Under the pieces are notes generated by a model. The model did no database searches. It was not told the origin of the DNA and worked only from the letters and a program-made list of their open reading frames with translations. From an uncultured Chlamydiae bacterium (GTDB taxonomy: Bacteria > Chlamydiota > Chlamydiia > Chlamydiales > JAJFMA01), in assembly GCA_963713615.1 (NCBI GenBank), contig CAVQMM010000001.1:1763964-1827963 (forward strand): 64,000 nucleotides of DNA, written 5' to 3'. This document shows, one piece after another, positions 1 through 9,736 of this stretch. The position numbers were made by a program, and so were the translations under genes. Within the stretch, counting starts at the first letter, position 1. The number at the start of each line of letters is the position of its first letter.

Positions 1-331
1 GGGCACCACCAAACAGATAGCCGCTGTGACTTCCGTTTTTGCCATGTCAACATCGCTAGCAGGCTTATCGGGGTGTCTCTCCACCCGTATGGATTTTGCT
101 GATCTGGAATCCTACTGGCTTCTATTTCTAGCAGTATTTCTGGGCAGCCAGCTAGGAAGCCTTCTGGGAGCCGGAAGCCTGCCAGCGCGGTGGGTCAAGG
201 CAGTAACGGTCATCCTAGTCACTTCTGTAGGCCTACAGCTACTGTACCAAGCCTTTACTTCACCAGAGACTGTAAAGCCTGTGATCGAAGAATCGACCAA
301 CGAAATCCATGATGGCTCTACAACGCCCTAG
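1..331 (+). CDS. Membrane protein, C-terminal fragment (possibly TauE/SafE-type anion exporter); 5' end lies outside the window
   Basis: The reading frame is open from nt 2 with no stop before 331. It contains hydrophobic G/L/S-rich helices (FLAVFLGSQLGSLLGAG, VILVTSVGLQLL). The family assignment is by pattern only. Confidence 0.4.
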   Translation, partial: GTTKQIAAVTSVFAMSTSLAGLSGCLSTRMDFADLESYWLLFLAVFLGSQLGSLLGAGSLPARWVKAVTVILVTSVGLQLLYQAFTSPETVKPVIEESTNEIHDGSTTP

Positions 332-1103
332 AGATCTCTCTTTTTGCCCCAAGGAGCTTTAAAATAATCCCAGAAGGCAAGTAGGGGGCAACCGCCAATA
401 ATACGGAATAGAACCACGAAAAGGGTGCACCATACAGTTTTTGCTTTAGAGCACGTTGGACCATATATTCTGCAGTCCTTTCGGGAGTCCATGTAAATGG
501 CCACTTACCCTTTAGACCCGCGGTAGCCACAGGCCCGGGATACATCACAGAAAAGCGCAAAGGCGTCCCATGGTAGTTTAAGGCTAGCCCCTGAAAGGCA
601 CGACCAATGGCCGCCTTGGTACCAGCATAAGCCGTGCAGGCTGGTGGAGCATAGAAGGCTAACATCGAGCTAGTGACAACGAAATTTGCGCCGCCATTAG
701 CCAAACAAGCCTTCTCCCAGGCTCCAATCCAAGCCAATACACCAAAATAATTGACGGCCATCGTCTGCTTGTACTTATTGAGATCGCAGTATTGGCGCGT
801 CTCCATAGCGTCTCGACCAGCCAAACCAGCATTGAGAAAAAATAACGAAGGACATAGCCCCCTCTCCAAAAGATCCGCGGAAACAGTGGCGACGGCTCGC
901 TCATCCCCCACATCACAAACCTGGGGCAAAAAACAGGCTTCCCCCAACTCACGCTGGAGCGCATTCAACCTATCTTCGGAACGCGCAATCCCGATAACAG
1001 TCCAACCCCGTGAAATCAGGTTACGACAAAGTGCCTCTCCAATGCCGGAAGAGGCACCTGTGACAAGAGCAATCATATTTGGATAGGGTTGTATCTTAGC
1101 CAT
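318..1103 (-). CDS. Short-chain dehydrogenase/reductase (SDR)
   Basis: N-terminal TGxxxGIG Rossmann motif (VTGASSGIGEAL). Catalytic YxxxK (YAGTKAA). Typical length of 261 aa. Confidence 0.85.
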   Translation of the reverse strand: MAKIQPYPNMIALVTGASSGIGEALCRNLISRGWTVIGIARSEDRLNALQRELGEACFLPQVCDVGDERAVATVSADLLERGLCPSLFFLNAGLAGRDAMETRQYCDLNKYKQTMAVNYFGVLAWIGAWEKACLANGGANFVVTSSMLAFYAPPACTAYAGTKAAIGRAFQGLALNYHGTPLRFSVMYPGPVATAGLKGKWPFTWTPERTAEYMVQRALKQKLYGAPFSWFYSVLLAVAPYLPSGIILKLLGAKREISRAL

Positions 1104-1161
1104 AGAACAGAGATGCTACATCAAGCAGCTCAAAAACTACAAGGACAGAGGAATTTAACCA

Positions 1162-1366
1162 CAGAGATCCATGAGGGATTTTTTTTACCACAGAGGCCGC
1201 CGAGACGCCGAGATAGGAGGGAGAGGAAGAAAGAAGAGGAGAGAATTTTTTTGTTTTTAATTGTAAAAACGAAAAAGCTTCGCTTTCTTCTTTTCTTTCT
1301 TCCTCTCCCTCCTATCTCGGCGTCTCGGCGGCCTCTGTGGTAAAAAAAATCCCTCATGGATCTCTG
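1162..1366. repeat. Long palindromic element (family D): 74-bp perfect inverted repeat (1162-1235 / 1293-1366) around a 57-bp spacer
   Basis: The reverse complement of 1293-1366 is identical to 1162-1235. The arms contain ccgccgagacgccgagataggag, which recurs in the 51.4-51.9 kb palindrome complex. Confidence 0.9.
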
Positions 1367-1432
1367 CCCTCTTTAAACTCCTTGACCTCTTTGCCTCACG
1401 AACCGCATCATATCGCCCAAAACAGGGTTGCC

Positions 1433-2122
1433 ATGCGTCTTATCGATCTTACACACGACATATGCCCCGAAATGCCTTTCTGGAGCGGATCCTGTGGCTT
1501 TCACCTTAAGAATGTCGTCGACTATTCGGACTGTTCAGAGCAAGTAAAGTTTAGGGTGCAAGAAGCCACTCTTCTAGCAGGTATTGGAACGCATATTGAT
1601 GCCCCAAGTCACTGTTTTCCAAACGGCATGAGTATTGAGCAGTTTCCTCTTGAAAACCTCATGGTACCCACAGCTGTCATTGACGTCTCAGCCCGTGCAC
1701 ACGCAAACTACAAAATTTCGGTGGAAGACATTCACGCCTACGAAGCAGCCTTCGATGGCATTCCCAAAGGCTCCCTAGTCATAGCGTATACAGGATGGAG
1801 CCAGTTCTGGAATAATCCCATCCAGTATCGCAACGAAGTCAGCCCGGGTGTGATGCAGTTTCCTTCGTTTTCAATAGAAGCCGCTGAGTACCTTTTACAA
1901 AAAGATATCGTAGGTATCGCTATAGATACCCTGTCACCTGATATACCTGACAGTAGTTATCCTGTTCACAGCTTGATTTTAGGTGCCGGCAAATACATCG
2001 TGGAAAACGTCGCTCATGCGGATAGATTACCTCCTGTAGGGGCTTCTGTACTTATTGCCCCTATGAAGATCCAAGGTGGCACAGAAGCGCCTATACGTAT
2101 GCTAGGTATCCTTTCAACCTAA
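1433..2122 (+). CDS. Putative cyclase / kynurenine-formamidase-like family protein
   Basis: HxGTHxDxPxH-type metal motif (GIGTHIDAPSH), as in the putative cyclase family. The ATG at 1433 (MRLIDLTHD) is preferred because the track start at 1337 (GTG) lies inside the right arm of the 74-bp inverted repeat. Confidence 0.75.
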   Translation: MRLIDLTHDICPEMPFWSGSCGFHLKNVVDYSDCSEQVKFRVQEATLLAGIGTHIDAPSHCFPNGMSIEQFPLENLMVPTAVIDVSARAHANYKISVEDIHAYEAAFDGIPKGSLVIAYTGWSQFWNNPIQYRNEVSPGVMQFPSFSIEAAEYLLQKDIVGIAIDTLSPDIPDSSYPVHSLILGAGKYIVENVAHADRLPPVGASVLIAPMKIQGGTEAPIRMLGILST

Positions 2123-2270
2123 CAGCATGACAAATCGAAGACCGATAATAAATTAATTCTCCACAAATTCCTATAGGTCAGGCTTTAAAATCAGTTGCCT
2201 ATGAATCCTCCCTGAGCCCCCTCTTTCATCCGTCTGTTTATAATATATCTCTTATGTTATCGGTGGAAGC

Positions 2271-3194
2271 ATGGAACGAATATTAGTCGTAGATGATGAG
2301 CCAGCAAATACTGAAATGCTTTCTGATCAGTTGAAAAGTGCAGGATATCGTGTTGATGCAGTAAATTCCGGCCATGCGGGATGGACCAAATTGCAGGAAG
2401 GCGAAACCTTTGACGTCATTCTCGTTGATTATATGATGCCTGAAATGAATGGTATCCAGCTTTTAAAACGCATTAAAGCCGATCCGAAATTGTGTGGGAC
2501 TCCAGTTATCATTCAAACCGCTGTAACCGAAACGACTGCTATCCTGGAAGGCATTGCAAGCGGCGCATATAACTATCTTTTTAAACCCTATCAACATGAG
2601 CTTCTATTAAGCCTCGTGAGAGCCGCGATAGCGGATGCAACGTTCAGACAGTCTGTCAATGAACAGATTTGCAATTACGGCTTGTGTCAGAGCTTGCTCT
2701 CAGAGGCAACGTACGAATTCAAAACGCTGAAAGAGGCTCGATGTGTAGCCCACTGTATCGCACGATCTCTGGAAAGTCCCTATAGAATGTCGGGTGCTGT
2801 CTTCGAATTATTCATAAACGCTATCGAGCATGGTAATCTAGGCATCACCTTCGAAGAGAAAAAGGAACTTCTTATCGCTGGCGAATGGGAAAATGAAATT
2901 GAACGTCGCCTCAACCAAGTCCCGTACAAAAATCGTGTTGTGAGAGTACAGATCAAAAAGGCCGGCGATGAACTCATCATACACATCTGTGATGAAGGAC
3001 CAGGCTTTGACCCCGCTCCATTTTTACATCTGGGTCCCGGACGTTTAGCTGGTCCCAATGGACGTGGGTTAGTCATGGCACACGTAGTTTTACCTCAGCT
3101 CACATTTTTAGGAAAAGGCAACGAAGTGATCTTCTCGTGTCGTATACAAAACTCCTTAGATGCCGTGCATTATAACCCTTTGGGAACAGCATGA
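2271..3194 (+). CDS. Response-regulator receiver domain fused to a GHKL/HATPase_c (RsbW/SpoIIAB-like) ATP-binding domain
   Basis: The N-terminus is a REC domain (ILVVDDE, DVILVDYMMPEMNG, T...K pattern). The C-terminus has an N-box (ELFINAIEHGN), a G1 box (DEGPGFDP) and a G2-like box (GRGLVMA). Confidence 0.75.
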   Translation: MERILVVDDEPANTEMLSDQLKSAGYRVDAVNSGHAGWTKLQEGETFDVILVDYMMPEMNGIQLLKRIKADPKLCGTPVIIQTAVTETTAILEGIASGAYNYLFKPYQHELLLSLVRAAIADATFRQSVNEQICNYGLCQSLLSEATYEFKTLKEARCVAHCIARSLESPYRMSGAVFELFINAIEHGNLGITFEEKKELLIAGEWENEIERRLNQVPYKNRVVRVQIKKAGDELIIHICDEGPGFDPAPFLHLGPGRLAGPNGRGLVMAHVVLPQLTFLGKGNEVIFSCRIQNSLDAVHYNPLGTA

Positions 3195-4648
3195 GCATCT
3201 GGTCTCGCAAAAGCGTCGCCCACCTGCAAAAGAGTGAACTAGAGACTCCGAGTCAACTTCAACGTACCTTGGGTCCTTTTCAGCTAGTGATGCTGGGAAT
3301 TGGCGCCATCATTGGAGCAGGCCTCTTCTCCATTACTGGTGTTGCAGCTGCGGAAAATGCTGGTCCTGCAATAGTAATCTCTTTTGCCATCGCAGCTATC
3401 GGTTCAGCCTTTGCGGGTCTATGTTATAGCGAAATGGCTACGATGATTCCCATTTCGGGCAGTGCCTATACCTACGCCTATGCCACCATGGGGCAACTGC
3501 TAGCCTGGATCGTTGGCTGGGATCTCATTCTAGAGTATGCTATTGGTGCCGCCACGGTGTCTATAAGCTGGTCGGCCTACCTAGTGTCAGTGCTACACGA
3601 TTTCGATATCCACCCTTCCACGCGATGGCTAGCCTCCCCCTGGCAGGCCGTACGGCTACCTAATGGAGTCATGGCCTATGGTCATGTGAATGTTCCTGCT
3701 GTCGTGATCGTTGTGTTACTGTCCTGCGTACTCATCATCGGCATTAAACACTCAGCGATCTTTAACTCCCTCATTGTCATCATCAAGGTCTGCGTGGTCA
3801 TCGTTTTCATTGGTGTTGGCGTCAACTATATTAACATGGATAACTACCATCCTTTTATTCCACCCAACACCGGCACCTTTGGCGAGTTCGGGTGGAGCGG
3901 CATCATGCACGCTGCTGGCGTCGTCTTCTTCGCATATATTGGCTTCGATGCTATTTCCACAGCGGCTCAGGAAACAAAGAATCCACAAAAAAACATGCCC
4001 ATAGGGATCTTAGGATCACTCGCAATATGCACAATGCTCTACATCCTGTTCTCGGGGGTGATGACCGGAATGGTGAACTACAAAGACCTCGATGTTGCAG
4101 CTCCAGTAGCTGTCGCCATCGACAAAACCCCTTATCGTTGGCTGGATTCACTCGTAAAACTAGCCGTGCTGGCAGGCTTTACATCGGTCATCTTAGTGAT
4201 GCTATTGGGTCAGTCGCGCATTCTCTACGCCATGGCTAAAGATGGCCTTTTGCCAAGGATCTTCGCCGACCTACACCCCAAATATCACACGCCTTGGCGA
4301 GCTAATCTCATCCTGATGATCTTCGTGGCCCTATTTGGCGCTTTTGCACCTCTGTCATGGGTGGGGGAGATGACTAGCATTGGCACACTATTCGCCTTTG
4401 TCATCGTGTGTGCTTCAGTCATGATGCTACGTTACCGCCACCCAGAATATCCACGGTCTTTTAGAACGCCTTGGGTGCCTTTTGTGCCCATCATGGGCAT
4501 CTTGGTCTGTTTTGCCATGATGGTATCTCTGGGACTCTCGAACTGGTTGCGTCTAGTCATTTGGTTGGTCATTGGCTTGCTAGTGTACGTCTTTTATGGC
4601 CACCGCAACGCCCTTGCGACGCCGCAACAGCCATTAAAGCCCTTATAA
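3191..4648 (+). CDS. APC-superfamily amino-acid permease (cationic amino acid transporter-like)
   Basis: The protein is 485 aa with about 12-13 hydrophobic segments. The N-terminal GIGAIIGAGLF motif is typical of APC permeases. The ATGA start/stop overlap with the upstream gene indicates an operon. Confidence 0.85.
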   Translation: MSIWSRKSVAHLQKSELETPSQLQRTLGPFQLVMLGIGAIIGAGLFSITGVAAAENAGPAIVISFAIAAIGSAFAGLCYSEMATMIPISGSAYTYAYATMGQLLAWIVGWDLILEYAIGAATVSISWSAYLVSVLHDFDIHPSTRWLASPWQAVRLPNGVMAYGHVNVPAVVIVVLLSCVLIIGIKHSAIFNSLIVIIKVCVVIVFIGVGVNYINMDNYHPFIPPNTGTFGEFGWSGIMHAAGVVFFAYIGFDAISTAAQETKNPQKNMPIGILGSLAICTMLYILFSGVMTGMVNYKDLDVAAPVAVAIDKTPYRWLDSLVKLAVLAGFTSVILVMLLGQSRILYAMAKDGLLPRIFADLHPKYHTPWRANLILMIFVALFGAFAPLSWVGEMTSIGTLFAFVIVCASVMMLRYRHPEYPRSFRTPWVPFVPIMGILVCFAMMVSLGLSNWLRLVIWLVIGLLVYVFYGHRNALATPQQPLKPL

Positions 4649-4927
4649 TCATGTCTCGGCGCGAAACGCTTTGGAGTCATAGGCATCAACTTAAGCAACT
4701 AACTTCGTAAATAGGCACGCAGCGCTTTGGAGTGCGGTCGCTCGCGACCGCTTTGGATTTGGGCGAAGTTGGCATTGCAAGAAACGTAACCCTTCTCTCT
4801 AGGGGTAACTGTGGGGGGGGGCAGCCTCCGTAGAACGGTGCGCGATTCAATAGGCTCGCCCAAATCCAAAGCGGTCGCGAGCGACCGCACTCCACAGCGC
4901 TTCGCGCCGAGATACGATTGTGAGGGC
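4641..4927. repeat. MITE-like palindromic element family A, copy 1 (inverted relative to copies 2 and 3; degenerate left end with a ~50-bp internal duplication/insertion)
   Basis: Shares gctttggagtgcggtcgctcgcgaccgctttggatttgggcg and its reverse complement, plus the internal core, with 26262-26500 and 56249-56506. It contains a G9 tract at 4813-4821. Confidence 0.85.
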
Positions 4928-4995
4928 TTTATTAATCATCTGACATCTCGAACGAATTCTACAATTACCTCCCTCAGTCCTTTAGTCCTTAGACA

Positions 4996-6285
4996 TCACA
5001 ACGTCAAAAGCAGATCCCTAAAGTCAGAGTAATTGCTAGAAAGCGCCATGGCCTGCTTAGGCTTATTTAGTACTGCACGAAGCCTCTCAGGCACTTCCAC
5101 AAATTGTCCAACGAGGGGTTCTACCACCTCCAAAAATTTCGCCGGATGAGCCGTTTCCAAAAATATCCCCGGACCGTCGAACTTGCTACGATATGCCTTA
5201 AGGCCCAAATAAGCCACAGCTCCATGCGGATCGGCAGTGTAGCCATAGTGATGATAAAGTTCGCGAATAGCCTCCTGCGTCTGAGCATCCGAGAAGCTAT
5301 CACCATAAATATCAGCACGCATACTCTGCACATCGTGACGATACAGATCCAGCATGCGGGCGAAATTGCTCGGATTACCGACATCCATAGCATTGGACAA
5401 AGTATGCTTCGACGGATGCGGCCTGAAGTTTCCCGTTCGGAGATAGATAGGAACGCTATCATTAATGTTTGTAGCCGCCACAAAGCGACTCACCGGTAAT
5501 CCCATGCGCTTGGCCATCAAACCAGCAGTGAGATTACCAAAATTACCGCTAGGTACCGAAAAAACAACAGGCTTGCCAATCTTCGAATAGGCATAGAAAT
5601 AGTAGAAGGTCTGGGGAATCAAGCGCGCAATATTGATAGAGTTCGCCGACGTCAATGCCATCTGCCGGCAGAGGCTAGCATCGCCAAAAGCCTGTTTTAC
5701 AAGAACCTGACAGTCATCAAACGTCCCCTCAACTTCCAAAGCTGTAATGTTCTGCCCCATAGTCGTTAGCTGCTGCTCCTGAAGGTGGCTCACGCGCCCT
5801 CTAGGATATAGGATCACTACCTTTATCCCCGGAACGCCCAAGAAGCCGTGGGCAATCGCACTGCCAGTATCGCCTGACGTTGCAGCCAAAATATGCAGTT
5901 CTCGGTCGGAACCTCGAATAAAATACGACATCAGATGCGCCATAAAACGCGCTCCAAAGTCTTTAAAAGACAAAGTAGGCCCATGAAATAACTCTAAGGC
6001 ATGGAGATCTTCCGAAACTTGCACCAAAGGAGCATCAAATGTGACAGCATGATCGATAATGGTCCGCAAAACGTCACGAGGAATCGCATCTTGTAAGAAG
6101 CTTGACGCCACCTCAAAGGACATTTCAGGAAACGTTAATGCGGAAAGACTCTGAAAAAAAGACTCATCCAGAGCCGTAATACGCTCGGGTAGATATAGAC
6201 CACCGTCTGGAGCCAATCCGCGAAGCACAGCATCTCTCAGATCTGTTGGACTGGCCTGTCTATGGGTGCTATAGAAATGCATCAT
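4996..6285 (-). CDS. thrC: Threonine synthase
   Basis: PLP-lysine region (PTLSFKDFGARF). 429 aa. Last gene of a thrA-thrB-thrC arrangement, with a 4-nt overlap with thrB. Confidence 0.9.
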   Translation of the reverse strand: MMHFYSTHRQASPTDLRDAVLRGLAPDGGLYLPERITALDESFFQSLSALTFPEMSFEVASSFLQDAIPRDVLRTIIDHAVTFDAPLVQVSEDLHALELFHGPTLSFKDFGARFMAHLMSYFIRGSDRELHILAATSGDTGSAIAHGFLGVPGIKVVILYPRGRVSHLQEQQLTTMGQNITALEVEGTFDDCQVLVKQAFGDASLCRQMALTSANSINIARLIPQTFYYFYAYSKIGKPVVFSVPSGNFGNLTAGLMAKRMGLPVSRFVAATNINDSVPIYLRTGNFRPHPSKHTLSNAMDVGNPSNFARMLDLYRHDVQSMRADIYGDSFSDAQTQEAIRELYHHYGYTADPHGAVAYLGLKAYRSKFDGPGIFLETAHPAKFLEVVEPLVGQFVEVPERLRAVLNKPKQAMALSSNYSDFRDLLLTL

Positions 6286-7208
6286 GGAATTATCCTGGGA
6301 CCTTCTTGGTTAATTCGAGATATGTATAAATCACTGGGCAACTCGGTAGCACTCTGCATCGCAGCCCCGATTTGCATGGCAAGATGATGCGATGTACTAA
6401 GCGCAAAAATCGACGGGCCCGACCCTGAAATACTACAGCCTAGAGCCCCAGCCTCCTTAGCAGCCTGTTTAATTGCCTTAAAACCAGGTATTAGCTTGGA
6501 ACGTACCGGTTCCGCAATAACATCTTCTAAGCACCTGCCAATAAGCTTCGCATCGCCCTGCAGCAGCCCAACCATCAAACCTGCCACATTGCCGGACTGT
6601 GCCACATGCTGCTGCATGGTAATCGTCTGACCGAGCAGACGACGAGCTTCCTCAGTGCGAATCTCTATCCTAGGGTGCAGGATGGTACAAAACAAGTCCA
6701 AAGAACATGGAATTGGAATGATGTCCAATGGCGCATAGCTACGAATCAGCGTTATTCCTCCCATCAGAGCTGGAGCCACATTGTCAGCATGCGCAGAGCC
6801 ACATGCTACACGTTCTCCCTCCATAGCCAAGGGTACGAGATCCCTTCTTGTCAGCGGCTCCCCCAAGAGCCGATTTAGCGCGAAAGCACTCCCAGCGGCG
6901 CTAGCGGCGCTGGAGCCTAAACCACTGCCCAAAGGCATTTTTTTGTGAACCTCTATCACAACACCGCAGTTCGCTTTCACATGCCTTAGCAAAGCTAGGG
7001 CGGCCACACCGGCGGTATTTTTGTAGGACTCTAAAGGCAAAACTCCCCCATCGCCCGTAATAGAAGTCAGTTCCACACCAGGCTCAGAAGTCAAACGCAT
7101 ATGCAATTCGTCCCCAGGTTCATCAAGGGCAAATCCTAAGATATCAAAGCCACAGGCAACATTAGCCACAGTGGCCGGCGCAAAAACTTTAATGCTTGTC
7201 AGTTTCAT
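6282..7208 (-). CDS. thrB: Homoserine kinase
   Basis: GHMP kinase motif (PLGSGLGSSAASAA). 308 aa. Located between thrA and thrC. Confidence 0.9.
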   Translation of the reverse strand: MKLTSIKVFAPATVANVACGFDILGFALDEPGDELHMRLTSEPGVELTSITGDGGVLPLESYKNTAGVAALALLRHVKANCGVVIEVHKKMPLGSGLGSSAASAAGSAFALNRLLGEPLTRRDLVPLAMEGERVACGSAHADNVAPALMGGITLIRSYAPLDIIPIPCSLDLFCTILHPRIEIRTEEARRLLGQTITMQQHVAQSGNVAGLMVGLLQGDAKLIGRCLEDVIAEPVRSKLIPGFKAIKQAAKEAGALGCSISGSGPSIFALSTSHHLAMQIGAAMQSATELPSDLYISRINQEGPRIIP

Positions 7209-7214
7209 AGAATC

Positions 7215-9665
7215 CTAGTGTGTGCCTATACGTATGATATCTGCCAACACTTCACCGGCCGTTACCTCAGCACCAGCCCCCTGCCCTTTAATAACTAGAG
7301 GGTTTTCCTTATATCGCTCAGTGGTAAGAGCGATCACATTGTCGCTACCAGATAGATGGTAGAAAGGGTGGTCCGCTGCTACTGCCTGTAATGCCACTGA
7401 AGCGATGCCGTTCTCAAACGATGCAATATAGCGCAATGCTCTGCCTTCTTGCGTCAGCTGACTTCTCTTCTGTTCATAGACTTCGTCATAGGCTGTCAGT
7501 TTGCGATAGAATTCAGCCACTGCAGACGCTTCAAAGCACTCAGAAGGCAGTAAAGGTTCCAAGGCAATATCTGTGATCTCCAATGGAAAGCCACTTTCAC
7601 GAGCAAGAATCAGTAGCTTTCTCAAGACATCCTTTCCATTCAGATCGTCACGTGGGTCAGGCTCAGTAAACCCTCTTTGCTGCGCTTCATGAACGCTCTC
7701 CGACAAAGTCTTTCCACTCATAAACGTGTTGAAAAGATAACTTAAAGTTCCCGACAGCACTGCTTCCACCTTGAGTATTTTGTCACCACTACGAAGAAGG
7801 TCAATGACGGTGCTAATGATCGGCAGACCCGCACCAACATTGGTTTCATATAAAAACTTGACCCCCTTACGCTTGGTGAGATCCTTCAGGATGCGGTAGG
7901 TATCGTAAGGCCCCGACATGGCCTTCTTATTTGGTGTAACGATAGAGACAGAGGCACTTAAAATTTCCTCGTAGGCAGCCGCCACCTCTTCGCTAGACGT
8001 GCAGTCAACAAAGATACTGTTGGCCAGATTAAGCCCTTTCATATGACGCACGAATGATGTGATATGCATGCTCTCTGTGGCCTTCTTCAGTTGGTCTTGC
8101 CAATGCTCTAACTCACACCCCGCATCATTAAAACACATCTTGGTGCTGTTGGCCAATCCAACCACTCTCAGATCCAAAGCATACTCGTGACGTAAACTCT
8201 CCGCCTGACACCGAATCTGCTGCAATAGGGTTTTTCCTATCAGCCCTGTGCCTACCAAAAACAGATTTAAGGTCGTTGCTGGAGAGAGGAAAAACTCTTC
8301 ATGAATCACATTAAGGGCCTTCACCTCATCCGAGCGTTTGACAGCGACAGAAATATTATATTCAGAAGAACCCTGCACGATAGCGGCGATATTAATCCCA
8401 TTGTTGCCCAAGGCGCCAAAGAGCTTCCCAGCAATACCAGGAGTGTGCCGCATCTTGCCACCAACGATAGCAATCACCGACACGCCATCTTCAACCACAA
8501 CTTTGTCAATAAGACCGGCATGCATCTCGAGGGAAAATTCTTCCTCAATGGCTTCTATTGCCCGCTCAGCACTATGGGGGGCGATGGCGAAACAGATCGA
8601 GTGTTCGGAAGAACCTTGTGAGATTAAAATGACATTAATGTCGCTCTTAGCTAATGCTCCAAAAATTCGAGAGGCACTCCCACAAACCCCTACCATTCCG
8701 CTACCTTCCACACGCACAAGTGCCACTTCATTAATCGAAGAAATACCACAGATCATATTGCTCTTGGCTTGATCTTCAGCAGTAATCAACGTTCCAGGGG
8801 CTTCAGGACGAAAAGTATTTCTGATCCGTAATGGAATATTATGCTGCAGTGCAGGGACGATGGTCGGAGGATGAATCACCTTGGCGCCAAAATGAGACAT
8901 CTCCAGAGCTTCTTTGTAGGTCAGATGAGGTATTGGGAAAGCCGCCTGAACCTGCCGCGGATCCGCCGTCATCACACCATCAACATCTGTCCAAATCTCG
9001 ATCTCTTCGGCATTGATCGCAGCCCCTATAATGGCTGCGGTATAGTCTGAACCACCACGGCCTAAAGTTGTGGTCTCCTGCGCTTCTGTAGCGCCAATAA
9101 AGCCTGTTATGATCGGTAGAGAAGGCCCTTTTGGTAAGCGATCCTTAATCGTACGATATGTCCGCTCATATAAAACATGTGCCGAACCAAAATGCCTATC
9201 GGTGGTGATAAGATCGCGAGCATCGACATAGATGGCCGAGGGAATAGTCTCTTTGAGAGACTCCGCAATAATATAGGCTGACAGACGCTCGCCAAAACTG
9301 AGCACATAGTCCATGGTACGTTTGGAAACCTCCCAGACCAGTGCTATGCCTCTTAGGGCATCCTCAAGCTCTTTAATGGTTGTTTTGATGTGCTCATGGG
9401 CTGAAGCCAAACGCGATGGGGAGATCAGGGCAGTGGCCAGATCAAGATGTCGCTTTTGCAGCTGGGTGAAAATATCTTGATAGGCGCCATCGCCACGCGC
9501 CGCTTGCCGAGCAATACCCATAAGGGTATCGGTGACCCCACCAAGGGCTGACACCACAACGGCAACGCTAGGTGATATGTTATATTTATTTTGGACTATC
9601 TGCATGACGCCCTTGATGCGATCAGCAGAACTTACGGAAGACCCACCAAACTTTAGTACTCTCAT
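7215..9665 (-). CDS. thrA: Bifunctional aspartokinase / homoserine dehydrogenase
   Basis: N-terminal aspartokinase signature (MRVLKFGGSSV). Central ACT regions. C-terminal homoserine dehydrogenase domain with a Rossmann motif (LVGTGLIGKTLL). 816 aa. Confidence 0.9.
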   Translation of the reverse strand: MRVLKFGGSSVSSADRIKGVMQIVQNKYNISPSVAVVVSALGGVTDTLMGIARQAARGDGAYQDIFTQLQKRHLDLATALISPSRLASAHEHIKTTIKELEDALRGIALVWEVSKRTMDYVLSFGERLSAYIIAESLKETIPSAIYVDARDLITTDRHFGSAHVLYERTYRTIKDRLPKGPSLPIITGFIGATEAQETTTLGRGGSDYTAAIIGAAINAEEIEIWTDVDGVMTADPRQVQAAFPIPHLTYKEALEMSHFGAKVIHPPTIVPALQHNIPLRIRNTFRPEAPGTLITAEDQAKSNMICGISSINEVALVRVEGSGMVGVCGSASRIFGALAKSDINVILISQGSSEHSICFAIAPHSAERAIEAIEEEFSLEMHAGLIDKVVVEDGVSVIAIVGGKMRHTPGIAGKLFGALGNNGINIAAIVQGSSEYNISVAVKRSDEVKALNVIHEEFFLSPATTLNLFLVGTGLIGKTLLQQIRCQAESLRHEYALDLRVVGLANSTKMCFNDAGCELEHWQDQLKKATESMHITSFVRHMKGLNLANSIFVDCTSSEEVAAAYEEILSASVSIVTPNKKAMSGPYDTYRILKDLTKRKGVKFLYETNVGAGLPIISTVIDLLRSGDKILKVEAVLSGTLSYLFNTFMSGKTLSESVHEAQQRGFTEPDPRDDLNGKDVLRKLLILARESGFPLEITDIALEPLLPSECFEASAVAEFYRKLTAYDEVYEQKRSQLTQEGRALRYIASFENGIASVALQAVAADHPFYHLSGSDNVIALTTERYKENPLVIKGQGAGAEVTAGEVLADIIRIGTH

Positions 9666-9736
9666 ATTAGGACCTCTTAGCCTTCGATATGGCGTGTTAC
9701 AGTTGTTGAACCAAGCGTGCTCACACGCTTGGCCTG

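Noticed and set aside
1089-1357. ORFs 1089-1343 (+) and 1130-1357 (-), 84 and 75 aa, R/K/E-rich
   Set aside because: They are mirror images of each other generated by the 74-bp perfect inverted repeat. Both are low-complexity and have no coding signal.
4686-5032. ORFs inside family A repeats (4686-4895, 4699-4890, 4811-5032; also 26269-26466, 26297-26494, 56219-56401, 56328-56510) that encode similar peptides such as ...ATALDLGEP... on both strands
   Set aside because: The same peptide appears on both strands because the DNA is palindromic. The ORFs change length and frame between copies, and in copy 3 they run through the poly-C tract as poly-Pro. I treat them as repeat artefacts, not genes.
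8301-8772. Long antisense ORFs within large genes (for example 8338-8772 in thrA, 20698-21120 in acnA, 48286-48780 in kdpB, 33346-33738 in the ABC ATPase, 12822-13280 in argG)
   Set aside because: They lie opposite strongly supported conserved genes. Their compositions are typical of antisense frames, and there is no independent evidence for them.
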